In this document: positions 30,980 through 41,148 of the stretch, piece by piece
How positions within the stretch are numbered: the first letter of the stretch is position 1
Layout: the number at the start of each line of letters is the position of its first letter
Assembly: GCA_965208615.1 (NCBI GenBank)
Contig: CBDBPB010000003.1
Coordinates: 32,001-96,000, forward strand
Origin: Spirochaetota bacterium
GTDB taxonomy: Bacteria; Spirochaetota; UBA6919; CBDBPB01
Length of the DNA: 64,000 nt
Direction of reading: 5' to 3'
The notes under the pieces: generated by a model
Told to the model about the DNA's origin: nothing
What the model saw: only the letters and a program-made list of their open reading frames with translations
Databases searched by the model: none
Made by a program: the position numbers and the translations under genes

Positions 30980-32095
30980 ATGAAATTTATTTGTTTAAAA
31001 GAAGAACTTCAAAAAAGTTTATCCATTGCAGAAAGTATAGTCTCCACAAAAACGACTTTACCAATATTATCAAATGTTCTTCTTGAGGCAAAAGATAACA
31101 AACTAAACATATCCAGTACCGACCTAGAAGTAAGTTTTAAAACATCAATTTCTTCGGATATACAAATTGAAGAGTCAATTACGATTCAAGCCAAAAAGCT
31201 GTCAGAACTAATAAAAAGCTTTGATGACTGTAAGTTAGACTTTTCTTTAGATAAACAAAATACGATGAAAATATCAGCGGAAGACTCAAACATAAAAGCA
31301 ACCTTTAAAATTATGGGTATTCCAAAGGATGACTATCCAAAAATACCTGAGTTTGAAAACATAAATGTTTTTTCTTTAAGTCAATCCCTCTTTAGAGACA
31401 TGATAGATAAAACTATTTTTTCTACTTCGACGGATGAAGCAAGATATTTTTTAAACGGCATATACTTTGAAAAAAAAGATGATATATTAACATTAGTGGC
31501 AACCGATGGTAAACGTCTTTCAAAGATCAGTTGTCCAATTGACTCTAAGCTGGATGATTTTGAAGTTATTGTTCCTTCAAAGGTTCTATATGAGCTAATG
31601 AAGATTTTAAATAGTGATGGTATGTGTCAGATAGCCATAACTGATAGAAAGGCTTTTTTTAAAGTGGATGATACAGAAATGGTATCAAACTTACTAGAAG
31701 GACAATTCCCTAATTATAGACAGGTAATACCGTCTGAGTCAACTAATATATTAACCGTAGATAATATGGCTATTTACGATGGAATAAAACGCGTTTCTCA
31801 TATGATCGATCCTAGGTTAGCTCAAATTCGTTTTGATCTAATTGATAATAGTCTTACTCTTTATGGATACCATCCAGATTTTGGAGAGGCAAAAGATGAA
31901 ATATCACTGAACTACAAAGGGGATGATTTAACTATTGCTTTTAATTATAATTATTTACTTGATGCCTTAAAAAAGATTGATCATAAAGAAGTAACTATGA
32001 TGATGACAAGTAATAATAATCCTGTTATAATTAAAGGTATAGATGATGAAGATTATATTTCTGTTATAATGCCAATGAAGATAGCTGATGATTAA
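30980..32095 (+). CDS. dnaN: DNA polymerase III beta sliding clamp
   Basis: PILSNVLL, STDLE, R..LNG, VATDG.RL, G.FPNY..VIP, IAFN..YLLD, VIMPM. Confidence 0.97.
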   Translation: MKFICLKEELQKSLSIAESIVSTKTTLPILSNVLLEAKDNKLNISSTDLEVSFKTSISSDIQIEESITIQAKKLSELIKSFDDCKLDFSLDKQNTMKISAEDSNIKATFKIMGIPKDDYPKIPEFENINVFSLSQSLFRDMIDKTIFSTSTDEARYFLNGIYFEKKDDILTLVATDGKRLSKISCPIDSKLDDFEVIVPSKVLYELMKILNSDGMCQIAITDRKAFFKVDDTEMVSNLLEGQFPNYRQVIPSESTNILTVDNMAIYDGIKRVSHMIDPRLAQIRFDLIDNSLTLYGYHPDFGEAKDEISLNYKGDDLTIAFNYNYLLDALKKIDHKEVTMMMTSNNNPVIIKGIDDEDYISVIMPMKIADD

Positions 32096-32136
32096 TCTTA
32101 TCCTACATAGCTTTGTGGATAGTATATTATTATAAT

Positions 32137-32871
32137 ATGAAATGTATTATTTTATCTGATATTCACTCCAATTTAGAGGCTTTACAAGAAGTTATAAAAA
32201 AGGTTGATAGTATTGGCTATGATAAAATAATATGTTTGGGGGATGTTGTTGGATACGGTCCCTTTCCTAATCAATGTTGCCAGTTATTGTTTGAAAGAAA
32301 TCCGTTATTAATTATTGGTAATCATGATAGAGCCGCAATAAATATTGAAGAAAGTAGATGGTTTAACAGATATGCTGAACAGGCCGCTATATGGACATAT
32401 AAAAACCTAAATCAAAGGTATAAAGACTTACTTAACAATCTAAAACCTATAAAAGTTATTAATTATTTAGATGGTCTTAATTTTGTTATGGTTCATGGGG
32501 CTATTAGTCATGCCGATGACTATATTTTATCCAAAGATAAAGCACATTATAATATTACACTTCTTAAAAGTAATTTTTCGGATATACATATTTGTTTTTA
32601 TGGTCATACTCACATAAAAAAGGTATGGGGATTCGATAATAATAACGACTATAATTTTAAAATAGATATAAAAAACTATTATTTAATTAATCCTGGTAGC
32701 GTTGGACAACCGCGAGATAGGGATACAAAAGCATCTTTTATAATGTTTGATACACTATCAGGAGAGATAAAGTATCATTTGGTTGAATATGATATTGAGA
32801 AAACAGTGTATGCGATTAAAGAGGCTGGTTTGCCGTCCTATTTAGCTGAGCGTCTTCTTGTTGGCGTATAA
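32137..32871 (+). CDS. YfcE/calcineurin-like metallophosphoesterase
   Basis: SDIHSN.EAL, LGDVVGYG, GNHD, HG, GHTH, NPGSVGQPRD; start moved to ATG 32137. Confidence 0.9.
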   Translation: MKCIILSDIHSNLEALQEVIKKVDSIGYDKIICLGDVVGYGPFPNQCCQLLFERNPLLIIGNHDRAAINIEESRWFNRYAEQAAIWTYKNLNQRYKDLLNNLKPIKVINYLDGLNFVMVHGAISHADDYILSKDKAHYNITLLKSNFSDIHICFYGHTHIKKVWGFDNNNDYNFKIDIKNYYLINPGSVGQPRDRDTKASFIMFDTLSGEIKYHLVEYDIEKTVYAIKEAGLPSYLAERLLVGV

Positions 32872-32903
32872 CATTATTAAAAAACAATATATTAGGAGAT
32901 AAC

Positions 32904-34151
32904 TTGAACTTTATTGCTGATCTACATATACACTCACACTACTCAATAGCCACCAGTAAGAACTTAACTCCTGAATATATAGACTATTGGGCAATGATAA
33001 AAGGGATTAATGTTATTGGTACTGGGGATGCTATTCATTTGGGTTGGAGTAAGGAATTAAAAAATAAATTATTGAAGTCTAGTAATGGATTATACAGGCT
33101 AAAGGATGAGTATAAGCTGGATGAGGCTATTTCTATGGGTCATAAGGGCCTAGCAAAAGATGTATATTTTATGTTAACGGGTGAAGTTAGCTCTATTTAT
33201 AAAAAGAATGGTAAAGTGCGTAAGGTGCATAATATATGTGTATTTCCAGACTTTGATGCTCTTGATAAGGTGCAAAATAAACTTGATGCCATAGGTAATA
33301 TAAGATCAGACGGCAGACCAATTTTAGGATTAGACTCGAAAGACTTATTGGATATGGTATTAAAGTCTTCTGATAGTTCATTTCTTATACCGGCACATAT
33401 TTGGACTCCATGGTTCTCTGTTTTGGGATCAAGGTCTGGATTTGATAGCATAGAGGAGTGTTTTGAAGATTTAAGTCCTTATATCTTTGCGTTAGAGACT
33501 GGACTATCTAGTGATCCGCCTATGAATAGGCTGTGTAGTATTTTGGATAAATATAGATTTATATCCAATTCGGATGCACACTCCCTAAACAGATTAGGGC
33601 GTGAGGCTAATATATTTGATACTGATATGTCCTATAAGGGCATATATAACGCCTTAAAACACGGTGATGGGTTTATTAGTACTATAGAGTTCTTCCCACA
33701 AGAGGGTAAATACCACTATGACGGACATAGAAAATGTAATATTTGTTGGAGTCCATTTAAGACAATTGAGAATAATGGTATTTGCCCTGTTTGTAATAAG
33801 CAGGTTACTATGGGGGTTATGAACAGGGTAATAGAGTTATCTGATCGTAAGGAGCCTATAAAACTGGAGTCTTTTTATTCTATTACGCAATTATCTAGTT
33901 TATTGGCTGAGATTATGAATATAAAGTCTGATTTAGCTAAGACTGTTCAAAGGGAGTATTTTCGTTTAATTAGTGAGATGGGTTCGGAGTTTTATATACT
34001 ACTTTTTGCCAATTTGAGTGAGATAAAGCATTATGGTGGTGAGGCTTTATCCGAGGGGATACGAAGGTTAAGAAATGCTGAGGTGATAATAAAGAACGGC
34101 TTTGATGGTGAGTTTGGTCAGGTAAGGGTATTTCAAAATAAAGGTGATTAG
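32904..34151 (+). CDS. Endonuclease Q family (PHP domain plus zinc finger)
   Basis: DLHIHS.YS.ATS, PAHIWTPW, ETGLSSD, SNSDAHS, GKYH.DGHR.C, CPVC, GFDGEFG. Confidence 0.88.
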   Translation: MNFIADLHIHSHYSIATSKNLTPEYIDYWAMIKGINVIGTGDAIHLGWSKELKNKLLKSSNGLYRLKDEYKLDEAISMGHKGLAKDVYFMLTGEVSSIYKKNGKVRKVHNICVFPDFDALDKVQNKLDAIGNIRSDGRPILGLDSKDLLDMVLKSSDSSFLIPAHIWTPWFSVLGSRSGFDSIEECFEDLSPYIFALETGLSSDPPMNRLCSILDKYRFISNSDAHSLNRLGREANIFDTDMSYKGIYNALKHGDGFISTIEFFPQEGKYHYDGHRKCNICWSPFKTIENNGICPVCNKQVTMGVMNRVIELSDRKEPIKLESFYSITQLSSLLAEIMNIKSDLAKTVQREYFRLISEMGSEFYILLFANLSEIKHYGGEALSEGIRRLRNAEVIIKNGFDGEFGQVRVFQNKGD

Positions 34152-34311
34152 GATTATTATTTAGAGATGCAATATTGGCTGAGATATGTTTATATATAAC
34201 TTGTAATTAACCATTACAAATTAGTATTGTTTTTTATATAAATTGGGTTACCTTTTGAATAAGTTATTCTTTAATTTAAAGTTAGCTTGTTAATTAAAGA
34301 GGTTAAACAAA

Positions 34312-35157
34312 ATGTATAAAGATAATATTAATAAAGTGTTTAGATTAGTCCTGCCAATAATTATAGTATTGCTTTTAGGTTGTGAAAAAGAAAAGATAGA
34401 CTTAAAAGTTTTATTTCTTGGGAATAGCCTTACCTTTTTTCATGATGTACCAGGAACGTTAAAGTCTATTGCTTTATTAGGAGGACTAAACATTAAGGTG
34501 GATAGCTACTCTCCTGGTGGATCAGGCATTACGACTAAAAAACATAACCCAGAGGCTGAAGAGAAGTTTAACTCAGATAGATGGGATTATATTATTTTAC
34601 AAGGACAATCATCTGAACATGAGAACTTCCTAACTAATAATTATTATGGATACATGCTCCAAGATTATAAAAATATAATAAATCGCTATAGAGCTAATGG
34701 GGCAAAGATAATTTTATATATGACATGGAATATTAATACAGAGGTTAAGTCATGTGGAGGAAACTGTCTTCCGTACGTATGTGGAGACTGTTATAACTAC
34801 ACATATACATGTAAAGAAGTCAGTTCTAACTACACAGGACTAGGACGTGAAACTAAAACCTATGTTGCTCCAGCGGGTCTTGCTTTTGAAAAAGCATATC
34901 TATTAGCAGGTTTTAATGGTAGAAACTCATTATTATTTGAGTATAACGACTATCATCAATCCAGATATGGCACGTATTTAGTAGCCAGTACGATATACAG
35001 CACTATTACTGATAAATCATCTGCTAATTATGATCTAAAGGCAATGGGTTATCGTAATGACGAACTACAAGTACTTAACAAGATTAAACACGTACCATGG
35101 GAGGTATATTCTAAGTATAAAAAGGATAATGAGGGTAGTGATATTAAGTTTAATTAG
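34312..35157 (+). CDS. SGNH/GDSL hydrolase-like lipoprotein
   Basis: Lipobox LLG-C, VLFLGNSLT, WDYIILQ.QS, YMTW, DYH.S..G.YL. Confidence 0.8.
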   Translation: MYKDNINKVFRLVLPIIIVLLLGCEKEKIDLKVLFLGNSLTFFHDVPGTLKSIALLGGLNIKVDSYSPGGSGITTKKHNPEAEEKFNSDRWDYIILQGQSSEHENFLTNNYYGYMLQDYKNIINRYRANGAKIILYMTWNINTEVKSCGGNCLPYVCGDCYNYTYTCKEVSSNYTGLGRETKTYVAPAGLAFEKAYLLAGFNGRNSLLFEYNDYHQSRYGTYLVASTIYSTITDKSSANYDLKAMGYRNDELQVLNKIKHVPWEVYSKYKKDNEGSDIKFN

Positions 35158-35162
35158 TTATA

Positions 35163-35723
35163 TTAGTTTTGAGGTGGATGATTTAGTTTAAAGGTTTTTC
35201 TAAACTTATTCAATTTAGGCTTTATAACAAACATACAATATGGATTATCTAGATTCTGATTATAGTAGTTTTTATGATAATCTTCTGCCTCATAGAAGTT
35301 TTTTAGATTAGTAATCTCTGTTACAATGGGATTACTATAATATTTTTGTACTGTCTTTTTAATATTTTCTACTATTTCTTTTTGTTTATCGTTATGGCAA
35401 AATATAACAGACCTATACTGAGTACCAATATCATTACCTTGTTTGTTAAGGGTTGTGGGATCATGTATTTGCCAGAAGATAGTTAAAATATCTTCACAGC
35501 TTATAACCTTGGAATTAAAACTAAGTTGAACAACCTCTGCATAATTAGTTTTACCAGTTATAACTTTATCATAAGTGGGGTTTTCTATTTCACCACCAGA
35601 GTAGCCTGGTATTACAGAGTATATACCTTTAACTTCGTTAAAAATAACCTCTATACACCAAAAACAACCACCACCAATGGTTATTTTGTCTATATCATCA
35701 GAATTATGTTTATAATTATCCAT
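35163..35723 (-). CDS. msrA: Peptide methionine-(S)-sulfoxide reductase
   Basis: GGGCFWC, HDPT.LN.QGND.GTQYRS, FY.AEDYH. Confidence 0.96.
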   Translation of the reverse strand: MDNYKHNSDDIDKITIGGGCFWCIEVIFNEVKGIYSVIPGYSGGEIENPTYDKVITGKTNYAEVVQLSFNSKVISCEDILTIFWQIHDPTTLNKQGNDIGTQYRSVIFCHNDKQKEIVENIKKTVQKYYSNPIVTEITNLKNFYEAEDYHKNYYNQNLDNPYCMFVIKPKLNKFRKTFKLNHPPQN

Positions 35724-35808
35724 AGTTTTAAATTTATAAAATGCGTAGCTAGTAAATACTACTTAAAATAATAACTCAACTTATTACATAAACAAAGAAA
35801 ACTTTTAT

Positions 35809-36210
35809 TTAGTTTTTTATAAATTCTAAAGCTTCTGAGTTTATACAATATCTTAATCCTGTTGGAGCTGGTCCATCTTTAAACACATGTCCTAGATGCC
35901 CATTACAACGACTACATATAACTTCAACCCTAACCATATTATGACCATAATCTTTGATTTCGTCTAAACCTTTTTTTGATAGCGGCTTATAAAAGCTTGG
36001 CCATCCGCTACCAGAGTCAAACTTATTCTCTGAACTAAAAAGCTCATTCTTACATGCAACGCATATAAAGATACCATTTTCTTTTAGATCGTTATATTTG
36101 CCCAAAAAAGGCTTTTCTGTACCTTTTTCTCTTAGTATATGATATTGTTCAGAAGTTAAGAGTTTTTTCCATTCTTTATCGCTTTTGATTATTTTATCAT
36201 TATTGGACAT
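35809..36210 (-). CDS. msrB: Peptide methionine-(R)-sulfoxide reductase
   Basis: GTE.PF, two CxxC, SG.GWPSF, GHLGHVF.DGP, RYCINS. Confidence 0.96.
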   Translation of the reverse strand: MSNNDKIIKSDKEWKKLLTSEQYHILREKGTEKPFLGKYNDLKENGIFICVACKNELFSSENKFDSGSGWPSFYKPLSKKGLDEIKDYGHNMVRVEVICSRCNGHLGHVFKDGPAPTGLRYCINSEALEFIKN

Positions 36211-36297
36211 ATTCTTCTATACCTTTTTTATAATAACGTTTTATAGCGGTTGATTACTGATATTAAATTTTTAATTAATATTCTTAGTTAAAGTGTT

Positions 36298-38361
36298 TTG
36301 TTAGTTGATAATTCTATATATAATAAAAATCTAAATACTAGAATATTAAGTAAGTTACAAAGTATTATTATGATAGATAAAAATAAAAAAATTAAGCATA
36401 CATCTACTGATGATATAATGAATTTCCAAATACTTTTTCAAAAAGCTCGCAATATGACTAGGTTTAAAGACTATAGTGATAAAGAGTTAAAAGAAAGTTT
36501 GATTAAGTTTATATTTTCTAGTGAGACTACACCGAGTAATAAGAAATCAAAAACAGATTCCAATTATAAAGATGAAAATAATCTAAACATAGAAAAAGTT
36601 TTTAACGAAATAGAAAAAGTATTTAAAGAAGAAAGAACTAAAAACGAAGCTATACAAAAATATAAAAATGAAATACTAGACTATAAAAAACAATCCCTTG
36701 AAGAAATTAAAACTAACCTTCCGCTAATATTTAATTCTGACAGCATAAATAAACTACTATTCAAATTGGCAAAGAAAATTAAAATATATAAGGATAACAT
36801 ATTTTGGGACTTTTATCAGTATAAGGATAAAGATTTTAAATTGTTTAAAAAAAGAGTAACTATTGAATATTATTCCCTTAAAACTAGTACCATAGAAAAA
36901 ATGTGGTATAGATTATCTGGTCAGAAGCAAAATAAAATTAAGCAAATGGATCCCTTTATGCATATCGTTATAGCACCCTTTCCTAATAGAAAGAAAAACT
37001 ATGGTACAAATACTTTTAAGGCTCGTTCTCAGGAAGAAAAATGGTTAGAGTTAGCTTTTGGTACCCATCAATCAAAGGATAAGGAATATACAATAAATAA
37101 CTATTCGGAGTTAAGCCTTAATAACATTATTAATAACTTATCAAAAGAGTTTGACTTTATTTTGTCTAATGCTAATATTAAAATAGCCATTAGCGAAGAA
37201 AATATAAATGAAGCTAATGAAGGATTAATTTTTAAGTTTATATCAGAAAGCTTTTTGGCTGTAATTAAAATATTTACTACTTTTGAACATATTGTATTTT
37301 CTGTTCCATTTACTGAGAATCATCCTCTTCATTCTATCCACTTATTATATTTTACTACATGGTGCTACGTTAAGTGGATTAGCTTTTTAGAAAAAACTTT
37401 GTATGAAAGAAAAAGTTATATTACTCCCTATGGTGAAACAGGAACTATTTGTCTGATTGACATTTTTAAAAAAATTAAGGAAAATATAAATGATGAATTA
37501 GAAAATAGTTCGAGTGATCTCAATAGTTTTTATGATCAATTTCATAAACACGAACAAATTATCAAAAATATAGATTTATATATTGACTCTATACGAGAGC
37601 TTAAAAAAAGATTTAAATCTTTAGTTAACTCATTGTTGGGGGATCTTATAAAAGATTATTTTGTGCAAAATGATATTATACTAAATTATAATATTGATAA
37701 CCATGGTAATATAACAATTGATAATGCTATCAAAATGGTAAAAGGAAGTCTTATAACTAAAATTATGTCTTTTTTTAAGCCTATAGAAGAAGAAAAACCA
37801 GTTTATATAAAACCTGATGTCCAAATACAAAAAGAACCGCTAAAACCTATGTCTATTTTTAAAGAGAAAATTAATTATTCCACTAAAAAAGATTATTCTT
37901 CTTATCGCAGAATATTAGAGGACTTATTTATTATTACTTTTGCTCTTAGTAAAGCTTTTAACGATAACTTTGATTTAAAAAATCAGTTTAAACCTATGTA
38001 TGATAAAGTGGATAAATATAGTTATTTAAAATCAAATACATTTTTCACTAGTCATAAAGATATTGATTTTGAACAAATTATGAAATTACAAGACTCCTTT
38101 GACGGGATGATAATAACAAAGGTCTTTGGAGAAGAGTTAATAAAAGAAATTAAGGAAAAAAAGGAACAAAGTAAAATAAATACAAAGATAAACGAAATAG
38201 AAGAATATTTAACTAAGTTTTATACTAAATTAAAGGATAGTTCTGGTATTCTTGGAATATTATCTCAAAATAGAGCTAATTATGAGAAATACACTGTTCT
38301 TTTGAATAAGTTCTATATTATTTATACAGAGTTTGAAAAAGTAACTAAAGAGATAAAATAA
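36298..38361 (+). CDS. Large hypothetical helical protein (start probably ATG 36370 or 36418)
   Basis: 687-codon open frame in very AT-rich DNA; no motif recognised. Confidence 0.7.
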   Translation: MLVDNSIYNKNLNTRILSKLQSIIMIDKNKKIKHTSTDDIMNFQILFQKARNMTRFKDYSDKELKESLIKFIFSSETTPSNKKSKTDSNYKDENNLNIEKVFNEIEKVFKEERTKNEAIQKYKNEILDYKKQSLEEIKTNLPLIFNSDSINKLLFKLAKKIKIYKDNIFWDFYQYKDKDFKLFKKRVTIEYYSLKTSTIEKMWYRLSGQKQNKIKQMDPFMHIVIAPFPNRKKNYGTNTFKARSQEEKWLELAFGTHQSKDKEYTINNYSELSLNNIINNLSKEFDFILSNANIKIAISEENINEANEGLIFKFISESFLAVIKIFTTFEHIVFSVPFTENHPLHSIHLLYFTTWCYVKWISFLEKTLYERKSYITPYGETGTICLIDIFKKIKENINDELENSSSDLNSFYDQFHKHEQIIKNIDLYIDSIRELKKRFKSLVNSLLGDLIKDYFVQNDIILNYNIDNHGNITIDNAIKMVKGSLITKIMSFFKPIEEEKPVYIKPDVQIQKEPLKPMSIFKEKINYSTKKDYSSYRRILEDLFIITFALSKAFNDNFDLKNQFKPMYDKVDKYSYLKSNTFFTSHKDIDFEQIMKLQDSFDGMIITKVFGEELIKEIKEKKEQSKINTKINEIEEYLTKFYTKLKDSSGILGILSQNRANYEKYTVLLNKFYIIYTEFEKVTKEIK

Positions 38362-38405
38362 GTAGTTATAGCTTTTTTATCTAATTTTGTATATTAAAGG
38401 GGGAA

Positions 38406-39764
38406 ATGTTGTCTAAACTATGGCAGAGGGATAAATACGATAAACTTGATAAATCTATTGAGAAGTTCGAAGTTGGAGAGGACTATCTTTTAGATTCTAA
38501 ATTAGTAGAATATGATATATATGGTTCTATTGCTCATTGTAGGATGTTGACAAAAATTGGTATTTTGGATAATAATGAGTTTAGTAAAATTAAAACTGAG
38601 CTTATTAACATTTTGGATAAGCATAAAAAACAGGATTTTATAATATCTGTTGAAGATGAGGACATCCATACAAAAGTCGAAAACTATCTTACGGAAAGAT
38701 TGGGTGAGACTGCTAAAAAACTCCATACTGCACGGAGTAGAAATGATCAAGTTTTATTGGATATACGACTATATACAAAAAAAGAACTTATAACACTAAA
38801 AGAAGCTATATTAGATTTAGCCTATAAACTTTTTACTTTTGCTAAAAAGTATGAGTTCATCCCTATGCCTGGGTATACTCATATGCAACTGGCAATGCCG
38901 TCATCCATTGGAATGTGGTCTGGTGCGTTTATAGAGTCTATATTGGATGAGCTGTCTTTTATAAATTATGTTTATAATCTTAATGATCAGTGTCCCCTTG
39001 GATCTGGTGCGGGATATGGAGTCTCTATTCCAATTGACAGAGAAATGACTGCTAAGGATTTAGGTTTTAAAAAGTTACAAGTTAATTCGCTTTATTGTAG
39101 TAATTCTAGAGGTAAAATAGAGGCAAATACTATATCAGCCATAGTTAGCCTCGGATTAGTGATGAATAAAATATCGTCCGACCTTTTGCTTTTTACTACT
39201 AAGGAATTCGACTTCTTTGATATTGAAGAGGGAATTACTACTGGTAGCTCGATTATGCCTCAAAAAAAGAATCTTGATGTTCTTGAGTTGATAAGGGCTA
39301 AGATATCCTCTCTTATTGGGTTAGAGCTTTCTATAAAGAGTTTGATTACTAATTTGCCATCGGGATATAATAGAGATTTTCAGGATACAAAAAAGTTCCT
39401 GATTAACGCTTTTGAGATTATCCTGCCCATTTTATCCATTATGAGCCTGGTGATAGAGGGTTTAAGGCCTAAAGAGGATAAGTTAATCAAAGCTCACAAA
39501 AAGGAGATATATTCAACAAATGAAGCTTATAAGCTTGTACTAAACGATAAAATAGCTTTTAGGGATGCCTATAAACAAATTGCTAATAGTCTTGATAAAT
39601 TAGAATCATATAATCCCTATGACGTTGTTAAATCTACTAAGGTTATAGGTAGTACAGGGAATCTTAAGCTCGATGACTATTCTAATATTATAGAAAAAGA
39701 AAAGAACTTGGTATTAAATGAAAAATCTGTTATAGAAACGCACTTTAAAAAGCTATTGGAGTAA
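38406..39764 (+). CDS. argH: Argininosuccinate lyase
   Basis: EDIH, LHTARSRNDQV, MPGYTH.Q.A, TGSSIMPQKKN, GYNRD.Q. Confidence 0.96.
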   Translation: MLSKLWQRDKYDKLDKSIEKFEVGEDYLLDSKLVEYDIYGSIAHCRMLTKIGILDNNEFSKIKTELINILDKHKKQDFIISVEDEDIHTKVENYLTERLGETAKKLHTARSRNDQVLLDIRLYTKKELITLKEAILDLAYKLFTFAKKYEFIPMPGYTHMQLAMPSSIGMWSGAFIESILDELSFINYVYNLNDQCPLGSGAGYGVSIPIDREMTAKDLGFKKLQVNSLYCSNSRGKIEANTISAIVSLGLVMNKISSDLLLFTTKEFDFFDIEEGITTGSSIMPQKKNLDVLELIRAKISSLIGLELSIKSLITNLPSGYNRDFQDTKKFLINAFEIILPILSIMSLVIEGLRPKEDKLIKAHKKEIYSTNEAYKLVLNDKIAFRDAYKQIANSLDKLESYNPYDVVKSTKVIGSTGNLKLDDYSNIIEKEKNLVLNEKSVIETHFKKLLE

Positions 39765-39826
39765 ACTTGCTAATCTAAATAACCTAACTTTAACAGATAA
39801 GGCTTATTAATAGTTTAGGATTATGT

Positions 39827-41125
39827 TTAGAAAAATATATCTCTTTCTTTAGCGGTTTTTGTTAGCTCATCCCTAAACTTCGGATGAGCAATATTTATTA
39901 ATGCTTTTGCTCTTTGTTTAAGGTTTTTACCGTGTAAGTATGCAATTCCGTATTCTGTTATAACATAGTGTACATCGGCTCTACTGGTAACCACCCCAGC
40001 TCCTTTATCTATGAATGCAACGATCTTGCTAATAGCCTCATTTTTAGTGGTAGAAGGCAGTGCTATTACAGGTTTACCTCCTTTTGACCTACTTGCACCT
40101 CTAATAAAGTCTACTTGTCCGCCGAATCCACTGTATATTCTTGTTCCAATGGAGTCTGATACAACTTGTCCTGTGATATCAACCTGTATGGCACTATTAA
40201 TAGCAACCATATTATCATTTTTACTAATATTAAATGGATCATTAATATAATCAATTGGATGTAGTTCAAACATGGGATTATTATCTATATATTTAAACAG
40301 CTTATTAGTACCTAATGCAAAGCCAGCAGTAATCTTACCCTGATGAAGATTCTTCTTTTCATTAGTAATAACTCCTTTTTGAATAAGGCCAATAATCCCA
40401 TCAGAAAACATCTCAGTATGAATGCCTAAGTCTCTTTTGTTTTCTAAGTAAAAAAGAACGGCATCAGGTATACCTCCAATGCCCATTTGTAGAGTAGAAC
40501 CATCATCAATAAGGTCAGCAACGTTTTTACCTATTTTCTTAAACAGATCAGACATATCACCCATTTTTAGCTCTGGTAGAGGAATAGAGTTGGGTACTAA
40601 ATAACTTATTTTACTAATATGTATAAAACTATTCCCCAAAACCCTTGGCATTTGATCATTTATTTCAGCAATAATGATTTTAGCAGACTCTGTAGCGGGC
40701 TTTGTAACCCCTACCTCAACACCATAACTACAAAAACCGTGTTCATCAGGGGGAGTAAGGGTAACCATTGCAACATCTATCGGTAATAAGTTTTGTCTAA
40801 AAAGTCGTGGAATCTCTCCCAAAAAAACAGGTATATAATTTGCATTACCCCTATTAACTGCATCTCGTACATTTCCTCCAACAAAAAGGGCATTCAACTG
40901 AAAATGATTTCTCATTTCTTGTCTTGTATAATCCGCCTTACCGGTTGTGAGTATATGTACAACCTCAACGTTATTAAGCTCATTAGCCCTATTAACCAAA
41001 GAATTAGCCAAGTGTTCGGGTGAGCCGCATCCACCACCAATATATATTCTATTTCCGGACTTTATGCATTTAACAGCATCTTCACCACTAACTACTTTAT
41101 TTTTATAGTTTTCAATCCAATTCAT
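39827..41125 (-). CDS. Acetyl-CoA hydrolase / 4-hydroxybutyrate CoA-transferase family
   Basis: PPDEHGFCS.G, TLQMGIGGIP, HTEM catalytic Glu, SG.GGQVDF, IAHP.FR. Confidence 0.92.
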   Translation of the reverse strand: MNWIENYKNKVVSGEDAVKCIKSGNRIYIGGGCGSPEHLANSLVNRANELNNVEVVHILTTGKADYTRQEMRNHFQLNALFVGGNVRDAVNRGNANYIPVFLGEIPRLFRQNLLPIDVAMVTLTPPDEHGFCSYGVEVGVTKPATESAKIIIAEINDQMPRVLGNSFIHISKISYLVPNSIPLPELKMGDMSDLFKKIGKNVADLIDDGSTLQMGIGGIPDAVLFYLENKRDLGIHTEMFSDGIIGLIQKGVITNEKKNLHQGKITAGFALGTNKLFKYIDNNPMFELHPIDYINDPFNISKNDNMVAINSAIQVDITGQVVSDSIGTRIYSGFGGQVDFIRGASRSKGGKPVIALPSTTKNEAISKIVAFIDKGAGVVTSRADVHYVITEYGIAYLHGKNLKQRAKALINIAHPKFRDELTKTAKERDIFF

Positions 41126-41148
41126 AATATATTTTATCCGACGAATTG

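Noticed and set aside
35163-36210. Selenocysteine or stop-codon recoding in msrA/msrB and other redox genes
   Set aside because: Catalytic Cys codons are ordinary and the ORFs are full length with the standard code
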